From sequence record MZ234025.1: a stretch of DNA of 64,000 bases; one strand, given 5' to 3'. Source of the stretch: Escherichia phage vB_EcoM-172859UKE1. This document shows, piece by piece, positions 20,073 through 34,447 of the stretch (position 1 is the first letter of the stretch; every line of letters begins with the position of its first letter). The notes beneath the pieces were generated by a model, which did no database searches, was not told where the DNA came from, and saw nothing but the letters and a program-made list of their open reading frames with translations. The translations under genes were made by a program, and so were the position numbers.

Positions 20073-20885
20073 TTAGAAACGAGATGCGACTTTCGCATAT
20101 AAACTTACATTAGAATTCTGTTCTACCTGAGTTGTGGTAGTGTCAACTGCTTCGGCAACAAAATTAAGACCGGCAGCGTCATTGTCAACTGTATTTATAC
20201 TTTCGGTAATAGCGGCTTCTTCTTTAGTAGAACCTTTAACCATTTCTACAATAGCAGTTAACTTAGTACCAAATGCGTCAGAATAATCCATACCTTCAAC
20301 CAGGCCAATAACTTTTTCTTTCTGAGATTCAGTCAGGTCTTTTACGCTTTCATTAATAGCGGTTTCACGCTGAACGTAATTGATATATGCATCACGTTTG
20401 GTAACTTCTTCGAACAAACGAGCGGTTTCTTCTTTATGTTCGGCCAGCTCTTCTTCCATTTCTGCTACAACATCTACAGATTCTTCTGGAACAACAACGT
20501 TATGTTCAACAAACAGTTCTTTCAGACCACCAAGCATGGATTCGAACAAATCAGCTTTAATGCCTTTATCAACTGCGATTTGGTTTTCTGCGAGCCATTC
20601 TTTTGCAAGATGGTCTAGGAATTTAGAAGCTTGTTCAGCCAATTTTTTATCAGCTTTCTCTTCAGCATCTTCTTTAGCCTTTTCAACTTCTTCTTCGGCT
20701 TTTTCGGCGATGGCTTTGATATGAGATTCAGCCAGTTTGACTGCTTCCTGCTTAACGGTGGCTTCGAATACAGTGCTGAAATTAGCTTTAACGTCCGGAG
20801 ACAGTTCTACTGATTCGAAAACACTATTAAGAGCAACTGAAGTCTCGATGTTCTGAGCTTCTTTCAAAAGTTGTTCTTTGATCAT
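20073..20885 (-). CDS. 22: prohead core scaffold protein gp22
   Basis: 270 aa (T4 269), acidic coiled-coil composition; synteny. Confidence 0.8.
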   Translation of the reverse strand: MIKEQLLKEAQNIETSVALNSVFESVELSPDVKANFSTVFEATVKQEAVKLAESHIKAIAEKAEEEVEKAKEDAEEKADKKLAEQASKFLDHLAKEWLAENQIAVDKGIKADLFESMLGGLKELFVEHNVVVPEESVDVVAEMEEELAEHKEETARLFEEVTKRDAYINYVQRETAINESVKDLTESQKEKVIGLVEGMDYSDAFGTKLTAIVEMVKGSTKEEAAITESINTVDNDAAGLNFVAEAVDTTTTQVEQNSNVSLYAKVASRF

Positions 20886-20915
20886 TTTAGTGTCCTGTGG
20901 TTTAGATTACATTAT

Positions 20916-20923
20916 TATTTATA
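20916..20923 (-). promoter_or_regulatory. late promoter TATAAATA (minus strand) for gene 22
   Basis: TATTTATA on plus strand 31 nt upstream of gp22 start, overlapping gp21 3' end. Confidence 0.6.
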
Positions 20924-21560
20924 ATGCTTTTAAACTCTCTGCGAGAGCTTTAAATGCTTCGTCAGCACTGTTTTTGGTGATTTCCACCGAATTTTCTGAT
21001 TCTGATATTTGTTTAGGAGTAACCCAAGCATCTGGAGCAGAAGGTCCCCATACGGCATCTACGCCGACGGTTAATTTAAATCCTTCGTTCACGATACGGT
21101 ACCCTTTATTGGTGTCGGTTAAAGAACCAAGACCACGAGAGGAAACACCTGGAATCCAACCAGCTCGTATATTAGCAGCTAATTTATCGCCGGGACCGTG
21201 GTCGCCTTCAATAATTCTAGCACGTCCATATACATCGTTTCCTTTCCACCACATATCTTCAATAATGATAGCGGCTTGCATAGGGTCAACATTTGCACGA
21301 GGTGGATGGTTTAATTCTCCAAGGGCTTGTTTGGTTGCGACTTGTTCTTTAATATAGTCACTTACTGCTTTTTCCAAAACACGTTTAGGATATAAACGTT
21401 TATTTCGGTTAACAACCTCTGCCTGAAGAAAAATACCTTCTATATAAAGCCCTGGTTTTAAGCCAGAATCTTTTCCATCATGAGATTCCAACATTGGAAC
21501 GCCATCAATAATCTCACCGGGTTGACCCCAAGTTTCAATAAGTAACTCGGGTTTATTCAT
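20919..21560 (-). CDS. 21: prohead core protease gp21
   Basis: 213 aa (T4 212); synteny. Confidence 0.85.
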   Translation of the reverse strand: MNKPELLIETWGQPGEIIDGVPMLESHDGKDSGLKPGLYIEGIFLQAEVVNRNKRLYPKRVLEKAVSDYIKEQVATKQALGELNHPPRANVDPMQAAIIIEDMWWKGNDVYGRARIIEGDHGPGDKLAANIRAGWIPGVSSRGLGSLTDTNKGYRIVNEGFKLTVGVDAVWGPSAPDAWVTPKQISESENSVEITKNSADEAFKALAESLKAL

Positions 21561-21985
21561 TAGCTTAATCCTAATGCTTTACGACGTTTAAGAGCCTTTT
21601 TACGCTTACGCAAGCCTTTAACTTGGCCTGAAGGGTTAGCTTTTTTAGCTTTAACGACCTTACGAGCGATTTGTCTACGTTTTGCTTTAGAAAGACCAGT
21701 TGTTTGGAACGCGTTACGTTCACGAGTTTTACGGTCTTTAGTGCGGGTGACTTCACCACGAGAAGAAACATGTTTAACGATAAACTCATTTAACTGTTCT
21801 TCATTAATAATGGAAGCCATTGCAACAGCTAAATCCGTTTCAGTTTCAAGCATGTTCTCGATAATAGTATTTATATCGTCAATATCGAGAGCAGAAGACA
21901 ATGCATCGATTCGGCCCTGTGCTTCAGGAATAAGTGCTTCGACATTTTCGAGTACCAATTCATAAGATTCAGGGATAAGATACAT
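21560..21985 (-). CDS. 68: prohead core protein gp68
   Basis: 141 aa as in T4; basic C-terminus. Confidence 0.65.
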   Translation of the reverse strand: MYLIPESYELVLENVEALIPEAQGRIDALSSALDIDDINTIIENMLETETDLAVAMASIINEEQLNEFIVKHVSSRGEVTRTKDRKTRERNAFQTTGLSKAKRRQIARKVVKAKKANPSGQVKGLRKRKKALKRRKALGLS

Positions 21986-22221
21986 TATTCATCGTCCTCA
22001 TCATCTTCGTCTTCGTCGTCATCGCCTTCATCAGCGTCGTCTTCCGAAGCTTTAGCTTTCTTTTCTTCTTCAGGTTCTTCGCCTTCAATCAAAAATTGAG
22101 AAGCGATTTCTGCTTTGCGTGCTTCAATCAAACAAACCGTTTTTTCTGCCATTGCACTTTCAAAAAACTTTCGAGTAGCAACGAGGTCGTTTGATTTAAT
22201 AGCTTGAATTAAATCGTCCAT
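21985..22221 (-). CDS. 67: prohead core protein gp67
   Basis: 78 aa, poly-acidic C-terminus; synteny. Confidence 0.65.
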   Translation of the reverse strand: MDDLIQAIKSNDLVATRKFFESAMAEKTVCLIEARKAEIASQFLIEGEEPEEEKKAKASEDDADEGDDDEDEDDEDDE

Positions 22222-23792
22222 TAAAAATCCTCTTGTTCTTGGTCGGGGTCTTGGAAACGAGCCTCTTTCGACTCTTCTTCAATTTGCTTAGCCTCTTGTT
22301 CAATTTCCTCATCAGACATCTGAAGAATATCTTTCATAGCTGTTCTGTGAGAAATATATTTACCAATAAATGGTTCGGCCATCTGAAGCATATTAATGCG
22401 ACGCTCCAGAATCTCAGCATCCTTTAATTCCGAGAAATAACTATCCCGATGAAATTTTATCTTAATATTATTTATTTCATCATTCCACTCATCTTCTGTA
22501 ATAATTCCTTTAAGAATTAAATTAGTTTTAAGCGGGTCTAGGAATATCTCTTCAAATTTATGTTGCAGCTCACGAATAAATTTACCAAATGACAATTCAT
22601 CTCGTGTAATAGAAGTACCAGCATCAAACTGTATACCACCTTGGTCACTTGGAATACGGGTAATAGGAATACGTAAAGCCATATAAAGCGCATTACGGAA
22701 CCAACGTACATCTTCCATATTTCCAGTATTATCTGCACCTGGTAATGTGTCAACTTCTGTTACTGCTTTACCATCACGTCGTTGTAACCAATAATCTTCG
22801 GTCATCGACATAATATGCTGCTGGTTTTTAATCTTGCCTGTAGTAGCATCATATGCAATACGGTTTTTCATCGTATTCATAACATGTTGCATATGTTCTG
22901 CTGCTTTTCTTGAAGGCATATTACCTGTATCAACGTACCATACACGACGATCGGGAGCACGAGTAATACGATAAATTACGACGGCATCTTCAAGAAGTTT
23001 TAATTGGTTCGCTGGCTTAATAGCCCGATGCAAATAACCGATGATATTTTTACCACAACAATCAACTAAACCAGAATGGGCATAAACAATCGCGGCTTTA
23101 GGGATTTTTATTTTTGTGCCAGCTTCATATATGCGACCATCACAAGCATAAGATTCGTGTGATGTGTCATAAATGAAATATTCTTTATAACCCTTGACTA
23201 TTTTAACACCGGCTTCAGTGGTTGTAATAACTTCACGGACATATTGAACTTGACGTGGGTCTAAACGACGAAGCTCTTTAATACCTTCTTTAGGGCGTTT
23301 AGGGTCAATAATTTTATGGAAGAAAATTCGAGAATCTACATACCAACGCCTAAAATGGTCTGAACCTTTACGTTGGAAAGATAAATGATTCAACACTTCG
23401 TTAAATTCATCCAACATCATTGATTTGATATTTGGACTAAATTTTGTGTTGTCTAAATTTATAGAAACGACTTCTGTATCATCTTCATACACGATAGCAT
23501 CAGAAACTATTTCAGAGACCGCGTTATCCACTTCATAGTTCGTCATCAAATTTCGATACGTATCGATTAATTCACGGGTTGATTTAAGCCCCGGTTCTTG
23601 ACTACCGAACATTCTCTGAAACATAGCATTATATGTTTGCTGTGCTTCATTTTCAGATACTTCGTATTCTTTAGCGCCGTCGTCTAATTTTGGTGCGGTG
23701 ATAGATTCTAAATTTTCTTTTTCTTGGTCTTTGTAATCACGTTCGTCCATTTTTGCCCATGGAGCAAACAAACTTAAGATATTAAATTTCAT
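22221..23792 (-). CDS. 20: portal vertex protein gp20
   Basis: 523 aa (T4 524); synteny. Confidence 0.9.
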   Translation of the reverse strand: MKFNILSLFAPWAKMDERDYKDQEKENLESITAPKLDDGAKEYEVSENEAQQTYNAMFQRMFGSQEPGLKSTRELIDTYRNLMTNYEVDNAVSEIVSDAIVYEDDTEVVSINLDNTKFSPNIKSMMLDEFNEVLNHLSFQRKGSDHFRRWYVDSRIFFHKIIDPKRPKEGIKELRRLDPRQVQYVREVITTTEAGVKIVKGYKEYFIYDTSHESYACDGRIYEAGTKIKIPKAAIVYAHSGLVDCCGKNIIGYLHRAIKPANQLKLLEDAVVIYRITRAPDRRVWYVDTGNMPSRKAAEHMQHVMNTMKNRIAYDATTGKIKNQQHIMSMTEDYWLQRRDGKAVTEVDTLPGADNTGNMEDVRWFRNALYMALRIPITRIPSDQGGIQFDAGTSITRDELSFGKFIRELQHKFEEIFLDPLKTNLILKGIITEDEWNDEINNIKIKFHRDSYFSELKDAEILERRINMLQMAEPFIGKYISHRTAMKDILQMSDEEIEQEAKQIEEESKEARFQDPDQEQEDF

Positions 23793-23820
23793 TGTATTCT
23801 CCGAATGGGAATTATAGTTA

Positions 23821-23828
23821 TATTTATA
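23821..23828 (-). promoter_or_regulatory. late promoter TATAAATA (minus strand) for gene 20
   Basis: TATTTATA on plus strand 29 nt upstream of gp20 start. Confidence 0.65.
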
Positions 23829-23876
23829 TGGACTTCTCCGTCATCACGGGAAGCTGGGGATTTCTCCCCAACCAGA

Positions 23877-24368
23877 TTATTCCCACCAATCAAGAGCAAG
23901 AGTTACTTCGAACGTTTCAATCTCGTTATTCGAATCCCAATCAAGAGATACTTCACCGACGTTAGTAGGCCACAAGCCAACAATTTCAACTTCTTTAGTG
24001 ACCGTTTTAGCATCACGAGCAAATTGACGAACGATAGCAGACTTTTTATATTCAGCAGGTTTACCACCGGTAATTTCATTACCTTGTCCTGCTGCAATAC
24101 CTTGCCAATCAACAAATTTCTGACGAATGCTATGAGCATCATCGTTCATTACTGTAATAGTCCAATCATCGAATGTACGATCACCGGCCACGTTAATTTT
24201 ACGGTTCATATAAGAAACAGGAACCTTTTCAACGATCGCAGCAGGAAGAGCCGTAGCACGACACTGGAAGCTAAAGTTTTGCCCAAGATAAGAGATTTCT
24301 ACTTCGAACAGGTTAGGGCGAGCGAAATCACCTGATTCGAAGGCACGAGTTACGTCATCTACAAACAT
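23877..24368 (-). CDS. 19: tail tube protein gp19
   Basis: 163 aa as in T4. Confidence 0.9.
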   Translation of the reverse strand: MFVDDVTRAFESGDFARPNLFEVEISYLGQNFSFQCRATALPAAIVEKVPVSYMNRKINVAGDRTFDDWTITVMNDDAHSIRQKFVDWQGIAAGQGNEITGGKPAEYKKSAIVRQFARDAKTVTKEVEIVGLWPTNVGEVSLDWDSNNEIETFEVTLALDWWE

Positions 24369-24440
24369 ATTAGCCTCTGTAGTAATATGGGCTTAGGATT
24401 AACCTGATGCCCATAGAATTAATTTTTAAACGATATAGTA

Positions 24441-24448
24441 TATTTATA
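24441..24448 (-). promoter_or_regulatory. late promoter TATAAATA (minus strand) for gene 19
   Basis: TATTTATA on plus strand in the 18/19 intergenic region. Confidence 0.65.
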
Positions 24449-24480
24449 TGGGCTACCGAAATAGCCCATCAGGCGTCTTA

Positions 24481-26463
24481 TTAGGCACCTACAGCACCAA
24501 TTAGTTCGTCGAAATCGGCACCAGTTGCTGTTGCTACAAAGTTCAACGTAATATAATTTATCGAGCGGGCAGGTTGTAAGTAGAAAGTAGCTACAAATTC
24601 ATTACGGTCGATAACTGCTGGTGTGTTATTGGTAGTATCACAAACAACTTTAAAGTTATATACACCACCGAGAGCTTTAATACCCTGTAGATATTGAGAA
24701 GTCTCTGTACGGAAAGAAGAACGGGTAAATGCGTTGTTCAATTCAAACAGGCGATATTTAGATGCTGAACCAATGTTCGTTTTAACCATATTGAACAAAC
24801 GACGAACGTTAATACGGTCAAATGGTGAAGGAACAGAAGTGGCAGTTTTATCACCATACAGAACATACCCATCACCACCGGTACCAGTAACAGGGTTAAT
24901 AGCTTCCTGGTACAAACGATCACGCTGCGCTTGGCGAGTTTCAATTGCAAGCTTAATAACGTTAAGAATTTGCCCACGGTTATAACCGGCAGGAGACATC
25001 CAAGGCTGAGAAATATTGTCTGTGCGAGCACAAAGACCGGCAATATCAGCAGCTAATGGAACCCAACGATTCACATCATTATATTTGTCATATTGATATT
25101 TATAGTTACCGTCAATAGCAGCATAAGTAGAACTTACATTAAAGTTATTATCAGTGTAAGTTCCTGACGCAGTACGCCAATCAACCAGATTATCAACTGC
25201 ACGATTAACAGGAATACCGACTATAGTTGCACGTGGTGGTGAGCAAAGAACCAAGCAATCTTGGCGAGAATCACCAATTGCTACAACATGTTTCTGAACT
25301 GTAGAAGCAACTTCTAAAGATTCACCTGCACAAGAACCAGCAATAAACAACTGCGCATTAACAGATTCACGGTCAGCAAACAAATCCCAAGCTTCCATTA
25401 AATCACCAGCGTCAACAGTTTCATTAGATGATAAGCCGCCGCCCAGTTTGATTACGCCAGAGAAACCTTTTGGCCAACCTTGTGCAGTAGCGAAAATATA
25501 ATTGCTTGCGCCTTTAGCAAAGAAATCATCAATAAAGATATTACTACCATAAATATCGCGTTCACCACGTTTAGTAGAAAGAACTACACTCTGGACTACA
25601 GCATCGTTACGACGAACGATAATTGCATATTGGTCATCAGTTTGTGGACCATACCCAAAGATTGCTTTAGCCGTAGATGCACGAGTACCACCATCAGGAT
25701 AAATTTTTAACTGGGCTGAAGCACCTTTGTCATAGTCTGCTTTAGATACGATTTCAATTTCGAGCTGGTCGCCAAGTTCACCAGGATAAAGAGCAACTAC
25801 GCCTGGGACACCATATTTTTTAATAGATTCTTGGAAAGTTAGAGAAGTAATAGCTTCTTCAGAAGTTTCAACTTCAGTTAACAAAATACCCGAATCGGTT
25901 ACGATAGAACCAATTGTAATAACGCCAGAGAGACCAGAAGAAGAACTGGCAACTTCGGCGGTCCAGTTAGAACCCAATGCCGGATATTCATTAATTTCTT
26001 TTGCACGAGCAATAATTTTACCGGTTGGGATATAAATGTTACGAATTTTACCATCGACATCAACTGAAGTGACATAACCATCTGCTTCAACAGTTTCGGT
26101 CAAATACTTAACGATAATTTTATCACCAACTGCATAGTTACTACCAGCAGCAGAGATTGTGAATTCAATATTGCCTGCTACAGGAGATGAGTTCTTAGCA
26201 GTATCACGATCAACTGCGCGTACAACACGAAGGTCATTACCATATTGAAGGAAGTTCATAGCAGACATGAAATAATCTGCTGTATCCGTATTAGGAGTAC
26301 CAAACATATCAACCAATGCAACTTCATCAGTGATTTGTTTAATCTGGAATGCAGGTCCCCATTGGAATTTTCCAGCCAGGGCAGCAGTACCAGTGGAGTT
26401 ATTAACTACAGTACTCTGTACGGTAGTTTCTTTGAGCTCAACGCCCGGAGAGAGAAGTGCCAT
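24481..26463 (-). CDS. 18: tail sheath protein gp18
   Basis: 660 aa (T4 659). Confidence 0.9.
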   Translation of the reverse strand: MALLSPGVELKETTVQSTVVNNSTGTAALAGKFQWGPAFQIKQITDEVALVDMFGTPNTDTADYFMSAMNFLQYGNDLRVVRAVDRDTAKNSSPVAGNIEFTISAAGSNYAVGDKIIVKYLTETVEADGYVTSVDVDGKIRNIYIPTGKIIARAKEINEYPALGSNWTAEVASSSSGLSGVITIGSIVTDSGILLTEVETSEEAITSLTFQESIKKYGVPGVVALYPGELGDQLEIEIVSKADYDKGASAQLKIYPDGGTRASTAKAIFGYGPQTDDQYAIIVRRNDAVVQSVVLSTKRGERDIYGSNIFIDDFFAKGASNYIFATAQGWPKGFSGVIKLGGGLSSNETVDAGDLMEAWDLFADRESVNAQLFIAGSCAGESLEVASTVQKHVVAIGDSRQDCLVLCSPPRATIVGIPVNRAVDNLVDWRTASGTYTDNNFNVSSTYAAIDGNYKYQYDKYNDVNRWVPLAADIAGLCARTDNISQPWMSPAGYNRGQILNVIKLAIETRQAQRDRLYQEAINPVTGTGGDGYVLYGDKTATSVPSPFDRINVRRLFNMVKTNIGSASKYRLFELNNAFTRSSFRTETSQYLQGIKALGGVYNFKVVCDTTNNTPAVIDRNEFVATFYLQPARSINYITLNFVATATGADFDELIGAVGA

Positions 26464-26490
26464 TTTAATTCCTCTTAATTTGCTTTATTT

Positions 26491-28816
<2,326 letters not shown>

Positions 28817-29641
28817 TTATTGTTTTCTAGGACCAGGAGGGGTTGGTGGAGTCGGGATTGGAATATCATGAGTATAAGTTTGTTCAACTTCACCATTCCA
28901 ATCTTGTGCTTCAACGTCTCTCGGTTTAATTTCTGTATCAACTGATTCAAAAACGCTGGCGGCTGTTTGAAGGTCTCGTTCATTAGCATGAAAATCAAGA
29001 TAAGTCGTTTTAATAAGGCCTTCAGCTGCGCCTACCGGAGGATACATCCATCCATTTACTTCAAATGTTAATGACCACTCTAAACGTCGACGAGATAAAT
29101 TATCACCGTCTATTTGTTCATCCATTGCTGCTGCCATCCATACGACTTTAATATCCCTTTCAAATGGAATATCCTGCCCATATTGCTCAATCATAGTCGT
29201 ATTAAAATGCGGCTGAAAATATGGAATAATTTGCTCAACGATTTGGAACATATCATCTTCATAACGAGTAAAGATGCTCAGTTCAAAAATCATTTTAATT
29301 GGTGATGGGTTGTATTGGTCTACAATATCCTTAGTCGATTTACTCAAAAGAGAGTTATTCAATATATTCGTTTTAAACGTTGGGTTATAAACGAAATCTA
29401 CCATTTGGAGATTTATACGCGGTAGAATAGTTTCGACTTTAGCCACATCTTCTTGTGAGTTTATAGAGGTCCATTTATTAAGTTTCATCATAAAGTGCTC
29501 TTTAGATGCATACGTAATAGGAACTCTAATTAATTTATTGCCTGTAGACAATTGACGGTTAACTTGGATATTTGAAAACAAATCGCCCATCATTGTGATA
29601 TATCGCCTGAACGACGAGTTGTAAAAATAGCCAAACATCAT
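28817..29641 (-). CDS. 15: tail sheath stabilizer / completion protein gp15
   Basis: 274 aa (T4 272). Confidence 0.85.
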   Translation of the reverse strand: MMFGYFYNSSFRRYITMMGDLFSNIQVNRQLSTGNKLIRVPITYASKEHFMMKLNKWTSINSQEDVAKVETILPRINLQMVDFVYNPTFKTNILNNSLLSKSTKDIVDQYNPSPIKMIFELSIFTRYEDDMFQIVEQIIPYFQPHFNTTMIEQYGQDIPFERDIKVVWMAAAMDEQIDGDNLSRRRLEWSLTFEVNGWMYPPVGAAEGLIKTTYLDFHANERDLQTAASVFESVDTEIKPRDVEAQDWNGEVEQTYTHDIPIPTPPTPPGPRKQ

Positions 29642-29648
29642 TTCTCCT

Positions 29649-29666
29649 AACCGGCCTTTCGACCGG
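29649..29666 (-). promoter_or_regulatory. intercistronic hairpin upstream of gene 15 RBS
   Basis: ACCGG-N8-CCGGT inverted repeat between gp14 stop and gp15 RBS. Confidence 0.35.
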
Positions 29667-29690
29667 TGTTTGCTTTATCTTATCTATTTA

Positions 29691-30455
29691 TTAATTCATA
29701 AACCCATCGTCAAATGGTGAATTTTGTCTACCACGGTTGTTAACTACTACATACGGCTCAACGTATTCACTTGCCTCTGAATTGATTTGCTCAACTTCAG
29801 AATATTCATCGATATTAATGTCATGGATACCGTCAAGATTTCTAACAGGGTTAAGTTCCAAGTCACTAAATTCAGGTATATTGATACCTTCATTTTTCTG
29901 AAGCACCGGATTGATTTCTTCGCCAGAGTAAATAAACTTGCCTGCAGTAATTTTACGAATCGCATTTTTACCTACTTGATAGAATGGGTCATATGGTTCA
30001 ACCCAGTTAATCTCAAACAAACTGTTGTCCATTGGGAAGTATATTAAATCACCTTCCTTGGGCTCCTGATTGTTGACCTGGTGTTTGAAAAGACCCGGGT
30101 TAATAGATAATGTAACTTCGTCTTGAACTTGCATTCCGAAGTTGCTGAAGAACGATTTCGCTCCTTCATAACCTTCAAATGAGTTCAGATATGCCGCAAA
30201 TTTCCATGCTTTAGTAAATTTATTTTTAAGGTCCTCACCAAAGATAAGGTCCACAGCAACATATTCACGTGGAACATAAAAACATTCAATACCGCGCATT
30301 TGTATGCTTTCTGCCACTAGAACATCGGCTAATGTCTGACTATTCTCATAATTATTAAAATTGACAAATGGATTGAGGATTTCGGTCTCATTTGTCTGAG
30401 AATACCCACCACGATTTTCTAGCTTGGCGAAAAGATTTTTATCATAAGTTGCCAT
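29691..30455 (-). CDS. 14: neck protein gp14
   Basis: 254 aa (T4 256). Confidence 0.85.
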   Translation of the reverse strand: MATYDKNLFAKLENRGGYSQTNETEILNPFVNFNNYENSQTLADVLVAESIQMRGIECFYVPREYVAVDLIFGEDLKNKFTKAWKFAAYLNSFEGYEGAKSFFSNFGMQVQDEVTLSINPGLFKHQVNNQEPKEGDLIYFPMDNSLFEINWVEPYDPFYQVGKNAIRKITAGKFIYSGEEINPVLQKNEGINIPEFSDLELNPVRNLDGIHDINIDEYSEVEQINSEASEYVEPYVVVNNRGRQNSPFDDGFMN

Positions 30456-30456
30456 A

Positions 30457-31383
30457 TTAACCTACCAAAATACCTGCAGGAGGGTCCAGTAAATATAACT
30501 CTTCTCGTAAAGCTTCTTTCTCTAAACGAGCTTCTTCAATTAATCGAACACCATCAACAGTGACGCCACCCGGTAACATCATACCTTGATGTTTAGCAAG
30601 AATTTGTCCATTAAGCTCTTTAGCTAATGCAGTTGCATAATCTTTAACCCAGCGGTTGTTATATGCGCCTTGTTTGGTTGCAGGATCTTCACCAACTCGA
30701 CGTCCGACCAAATTATGGTCTGGATTATCATAACGTTCAGAAATAGACCATGAATCACGAGGACCGACCTGTCCATACCCTACTGTATTTCCTACCATCT
30801 TATGGGTCTCGATATAAGAGCGAACATACGATTCAACGATAATGACATCTTTCTGTCTAAAGTTACCCATTACTTTTAATTGCTCGTTTGCAGAGTTAAA
30901 CCAAAAATCTGGAAGAGGAGCAATCATATCTTGAAGCATACCCATATAAGATACTAATTGAGAATAATACCCGAGGTCAGCGCCAAAAGCGTTCGGGCCG
31001 TAGAATTTACCACAATTACTACCCATACCACCTGAAACACCAGCCATTCCTAAAAGGAAATCAGTGAACCATGGATAAGTTGCATTACCATCCATTGAAG
31101 TAATAGAGCCAACATTTGTTCTTATAATTCTTGTTACAGCAAATACGTTAGAACCGCGCATATCAAATACGCCATGACGGTATTTTTCTTCGTCATCAAC
31201 AAAAAATACATGGAAACCTTTATTCAACCCGTCAAAATGGTATTCGCCATAAAGTTCTAACGCTCGTGAAATACAATCATAAATTTGGTCTGTAGTTAAT
31301 TCAACATTTACAATAGGAGCGCCTAAACGACGTAATATTACGTCCTTTAATTCTTTAGGGTTTTGTGCATTATAACCTGACAT
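30457..31383 (-). CDS. 13: neck protein gp13
   Basis: 308 aa (T4 309). Confidence 0.85.
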   Translation of the reverse strand: MSGYNAQNPKELKDVILRRLGAPIVNVELTTDQIYDCISRALELYGEYHFDGLNKGFHVFFVDDEEKYRHGVFDMRGSNVFAVTRIIRTNVGSITSMDGNATYPWFTDFLLGMAGVSGGMGSNCGKFYGPNAFGADLGYYSQLVSYMGMLQDMIAPLPDFWFNSANEQLKVMGNFRQKDVIIVESYVRSYIETHKMVGNTVGYGQVGPRDSWSISERYDNPDHNLVGRRVGEDPATKQGAYNNRWVKDYATALAKELNGQILAKHQGMMLPGGVTVDGVRLIEEARLEKEALREELYLLDPPAGILVG

Positions 31384-31394
31384 ATAAATCCTTT

Positions 31395-31410
31395 AGGGCC
31401 CGAAGGCCCT
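31395..31410 (-). promoter_or_regulatory. intercistronic hairpin (AGGGCC-CGAA-GGCCCT) between wac and gene 13
   Basis: Perfect 6-bp stem with tetraloop, immediately upstream of gp13 RBS. Confidence 0.4.
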
Positions 31411-31415
31411 TTTCA

Positions 31416-32864
31416 TTAAGCTGTAGGAAGTTCAACCCATGCACCATCTTTGCGAACATAGAATTTACCGTCTGAAGGAGCATCTTCAATATATCCAGCG
31501 TCCTTAAGAGTTTGGATTTCAGCTTCTGCAGCGGCCAAATCAGTTTCAAGAGTAGCAATTCTAGAAGTTAAACCATTAATTGTCGTATCATGACTTTTAA
31601 CTGTAGGCAATATACCTCGTTCTTCAACAGTCGAACCATTTGGGTTGGTGCCATTTATAAGAGTATTTAATGTGTTTACAGAACCCTTAATTCCTGTGGA
31701 ATTAGTCCCAACATCAGTTTGAATGTTCTGAATGTCATTACTCAGCCCACCGATAGTTCCTTCGAGCTCTCGAGTACGATAAAGCAAAGAGCCGTCTGGT
31801 TCCGGTTTCCCACCTGAAGCGTCAACACCGACTACGTTATTTAACCATGACACATTAAAACGCAATCCTGACGAAGAATCAGAGCCGACAACAGTGTTCA
31901 ATGCTCCGATAGCATCAGTATTGAGTTTAATACGTCCTTGGATTGTAGTAGGCAAATCATCGGCGCCAATGGCAGTTTCTACCGTAGTCAAACGAGGTTT
32001 AATACCGCCTGATTGATTGAGCTCAAGATTAATGTCATTTATTGCTGAACTATTCGCATTAGTTGTAGTAATAATAGAAGTCGTATTAGGATACCCAATA
32101 GACTGTTTAATGCCATCCAAGTCAGCATTTTGACGCGACAAAGTTAAATCAATACTAGAAAGACGACTAAACACTGGGGTAGTGAAAGAAGTACGAGGTC
32201 CCATTTCTTCGCGCAAGTGTTCGACTTCAAGAGTTAAAGAGCCAACATCAGAATCAGCAAATTTAGTTTCTAAATCAGTTAATCGAACACCGTGGTCAAC
32301 AATTACGGAGCTATTAGTCATAATACGGCGTTTCATACCAGTGCTATCATTTCCTGGAGTAGGAACCCCATTAATATCTTGACCAGTATATTGTCCTAAT
32401 TCGTTTTTAATCCAAAGCAGGTCGTTACGAACAGTTCTATAAACTGAATCTGTTTCCTGATTATAAACACCAATATCATCAGTATTCGCATCAATATGTT
32501 CATTCAAATCATTCAATTCACTAGCGTGGGTTTGAACTGTGACTTTAATGACATCTATATCTTGGGTGTTCTGGCCTATCTGTGCAAGAGCATCAACATC
32601 CCCAGAAACATCTAAAATACCTTGAATAACTTTGATATCTTCATTGGCTGTATTCAAAGAAGATGCTATAGTTTTAATATTAACATCTAACGCTTCTACA
32701 TTACGTTGAACTTCAACAATAGGACGGTTCATTACACCTTCAGAACCGTATTTTGTGTCAGCACCTGTTATTTCTTCATCGTTTTTAATCCATTCAATAC
32801 GACTCTGACCCGCGTCTGGCGGGCCGTCAACATATGGTAAATCTACCAGAGTTATATCAGCCAT
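31416..32864 (-). CDS. wac: fibritin (whisker) Wac
   Basis: 482 aa; C-terminal foldon-like GYIEDAPSDGKFYVRKDGAWVELPTA. Confidence 0.9.
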   Translation of the reverse strand: MADITLVDLPYVDGPPDAGQSRIEWIKNDEEITGADTKYGSEGVMNRPIVEVQRNVEALDVNIKTIASSLNTANEDIKVIQGILDVSGDVDALAQIGQNTQDIDVIKVTVQTHASELNDLNEHIDANTDDIGVYNQETDSVYRTVRNDLLWIKNELGQYTGQDINGVPTPGNDSTGMKRRIMTNSSVIVDHGVRLTDLETKFADSDVGSLTLEVEHLREEMGPRTSFTTPVFSRLSSIDLTLSRQNADLDGIKQSIGYPNTTSIITTTNANSSAINDINLELNQSGGIKPRLTTVETAIGADDLPTTIQGRIKLNTDAIGALNTVVGSDSSSGLRFNVSWLNNVVGVDASGGKPEPDGSLLYRTRELEGTIGGLSNDIQNIQTDVGTNSTGIKGSVNTLNTLINGTNPNGSTVEERGILPTVKSHDTTINGLTSRIATLETDLAAAEAEIQTLKDAGYIEDAPSDGKFYVRKDGAWVELPTA

Positions 32865-34447
32865 TATTTTACCTTAATGATATAGTTTAAAGAAATATTC
32901 CATGGACGAGTTTCATTTCCAATTAATTCTGGACGATTCATGGTATATTTAGAGTTACGCTGAGACGCTGGATCAATTTCATATCCCTCGTTAGTAAAAT
33001 ATGAACGGTTATCCCAGTCAAGTCCTTTACGAGTACCAACAAAGTTTGAACGACGAGTATTACCAAATGCACCGGAATCGTCATGTTCACCAAAACCACC
33101 AGCATGCTTATGATATGACATCTGTTGTTTTTGCACTTCACCAACATATCCACCGGTACAACCTACCGCTAGACGAGGCTTACCGAATTGGTCATTACCA
33201 TTAACATTAGGGTTAGTTAAATGGTTACCACGACCTGAGCCACGAACAAATAATCCACGCATATCAGGCAAGCCTGGGTTAGAAGAACTACCACCATATC
33301 GTGTCCCAATTCTAGAAGCATATACCGGACATTCTGAAGCAGAAACGGTCCCACCGTGGCAGAAGCGCCAGTCAGAACTCGGTAAACTATCTGCAGCCCA
33401 CATTGTAATAGCGCCAACTGGAAGAATTCGGTCTAATTCATTTTGAGTCACAATACGATTGCCTTGAATATAACCGCCGGTCATATTGACATTACCAGTT
33501 ATATTAGCGCCACCAGAACCAACCGTCAACGTATTATTAATGCGAAGCGTGCCATTAATAGTTTGTCCGCCTCGTTGGTGGATAACATCAGCATTCCAAG
33601 CAAGGGCAGAAGAACCATCACCACCTGATTGGCTACCCGCTTGTGTAGTTAAACGAACAACTCCACGTAAAGAAGTTGTAGCCCCACGCCCGTTTAATGT
33701 TGCGCCGGTCACTACAACTGAAGAGTTGTTACTATTTACTTCAGTCTGTGTCCCTAGTTTAACGACACCTTTATTAGTTTCTGATGCTACTGAATTCATA
33801 AAGGTATAAGGTGAAATTGCATAGCCTTCACGCAGGGTGCCTTGTTGTGCTTGAGCAACTGTAGCTAAACGAACAACACCTGTAATAGATTCGGTGGCGT
33901 CACTATTATTTGGAGCAATTTGTGAAATAAGTTTAATTGCTAATTGTTGTGTTTTTAACGGGGTCATTGCCGTTGTATCGTCAGAACCAGCTAATGCCGC
34001 AGCAGAAGTTGAAATTTTAATTACACCATTTGTTGCTTCTGTTGACACTTTTGTCTGAAATACATTGTCTATTTTTTGATTCAATTTAAGCGGAGTAATT
34101 GATGCATCGTCAATAGTTCCTGTTACTGCTTCATCTTCAGTAGCATAACGAGTTAAGCCATATTGAGTTTCGGTTGCATTAGGATATTGTAGACGAGCAT
34201 TCAGTGTTGCCGGAGTAACAGCTTTACTATTATCTAATCCATCAATAACTTCTTGTGGAGTAGCTATTTGAATAATTCCTGGTGTAGTAGTTGTTGCTTC
34301 CGGTACACCATTAACACCTGAAGGAGAAATAGCAGCTAATGCGGCTTGGACATTAGTGACTGTATCTGGAAAATTCGACCCCGTAGGGTCGAATTCAACG
34401 TAAATGGATTCGTTTGAAACGTGTTGGTATGTATTGTTATTACTCAT
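32864..34447 (-). CDS. 12: short tail fiber gp12
   Basis: 527 aa, same as T4 gp12. Confidence 0.9.
   Translation of the reverse strand: MSNNNTYQHVSNESIYVEFDPTGSNFPDTVTNVQAALAAISPSGVNGVPEATTTTPGIIQIATPQEVIDGLDNSKAVTPATLNARLQYPNATETQYGLTRYATEDEAVTGTIDDASITPLKLNQKIDNVFQTKVSTEATNGVIKISTSAAALAGSDDTTAMTPLKTQQLAIKLISQIAPNNSDATESITGVVRLATVAQAQQGTLREGYAISPYTFMNSVASETNKGVVKLGTQTEVNSNNSSVVVTGATLNGRGATTSLRGVVRLTTQAGSQSGGDGSSALAWNADVIHQRGGQTINGTLRINNTLTVGSGGANITGNVNMTGGYIQGNRIVTQNELDRILPVGAITMWAADSLPSSDWRFCHGGTVSASECPVYASRIGTRYGGSSSNPGLPDMRGLFVRGSGRGNHLTNPNVNGNDQFGKPRLAVGCTGGYVGEVQKQQMSYHKHAGGFGEHDDSGAFGNTRRSNFVGTRKGLDWDNRSYFTNEGYEIDPASQRNSKYTMNRPELIGNETRPWNISLNYIIKVK

Noticed and set aside
20056-20130. 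Dedicated late promoter immediately upstream of gene 23
   Set aside because: No exact TATAAATA on the minus strand within about 80 nt; gene 23 is probably served by the gene 22 promoter at 20916 or a diverged element I cannot call confidently.
20380-21357. Plus-strand ORFs (114, 60, 60 and 159 aa) inside genes 22 and 21
   Set aside because: Antisense overlaps of conserved late genes with repetitive low-complexity translations; no initiation signals.
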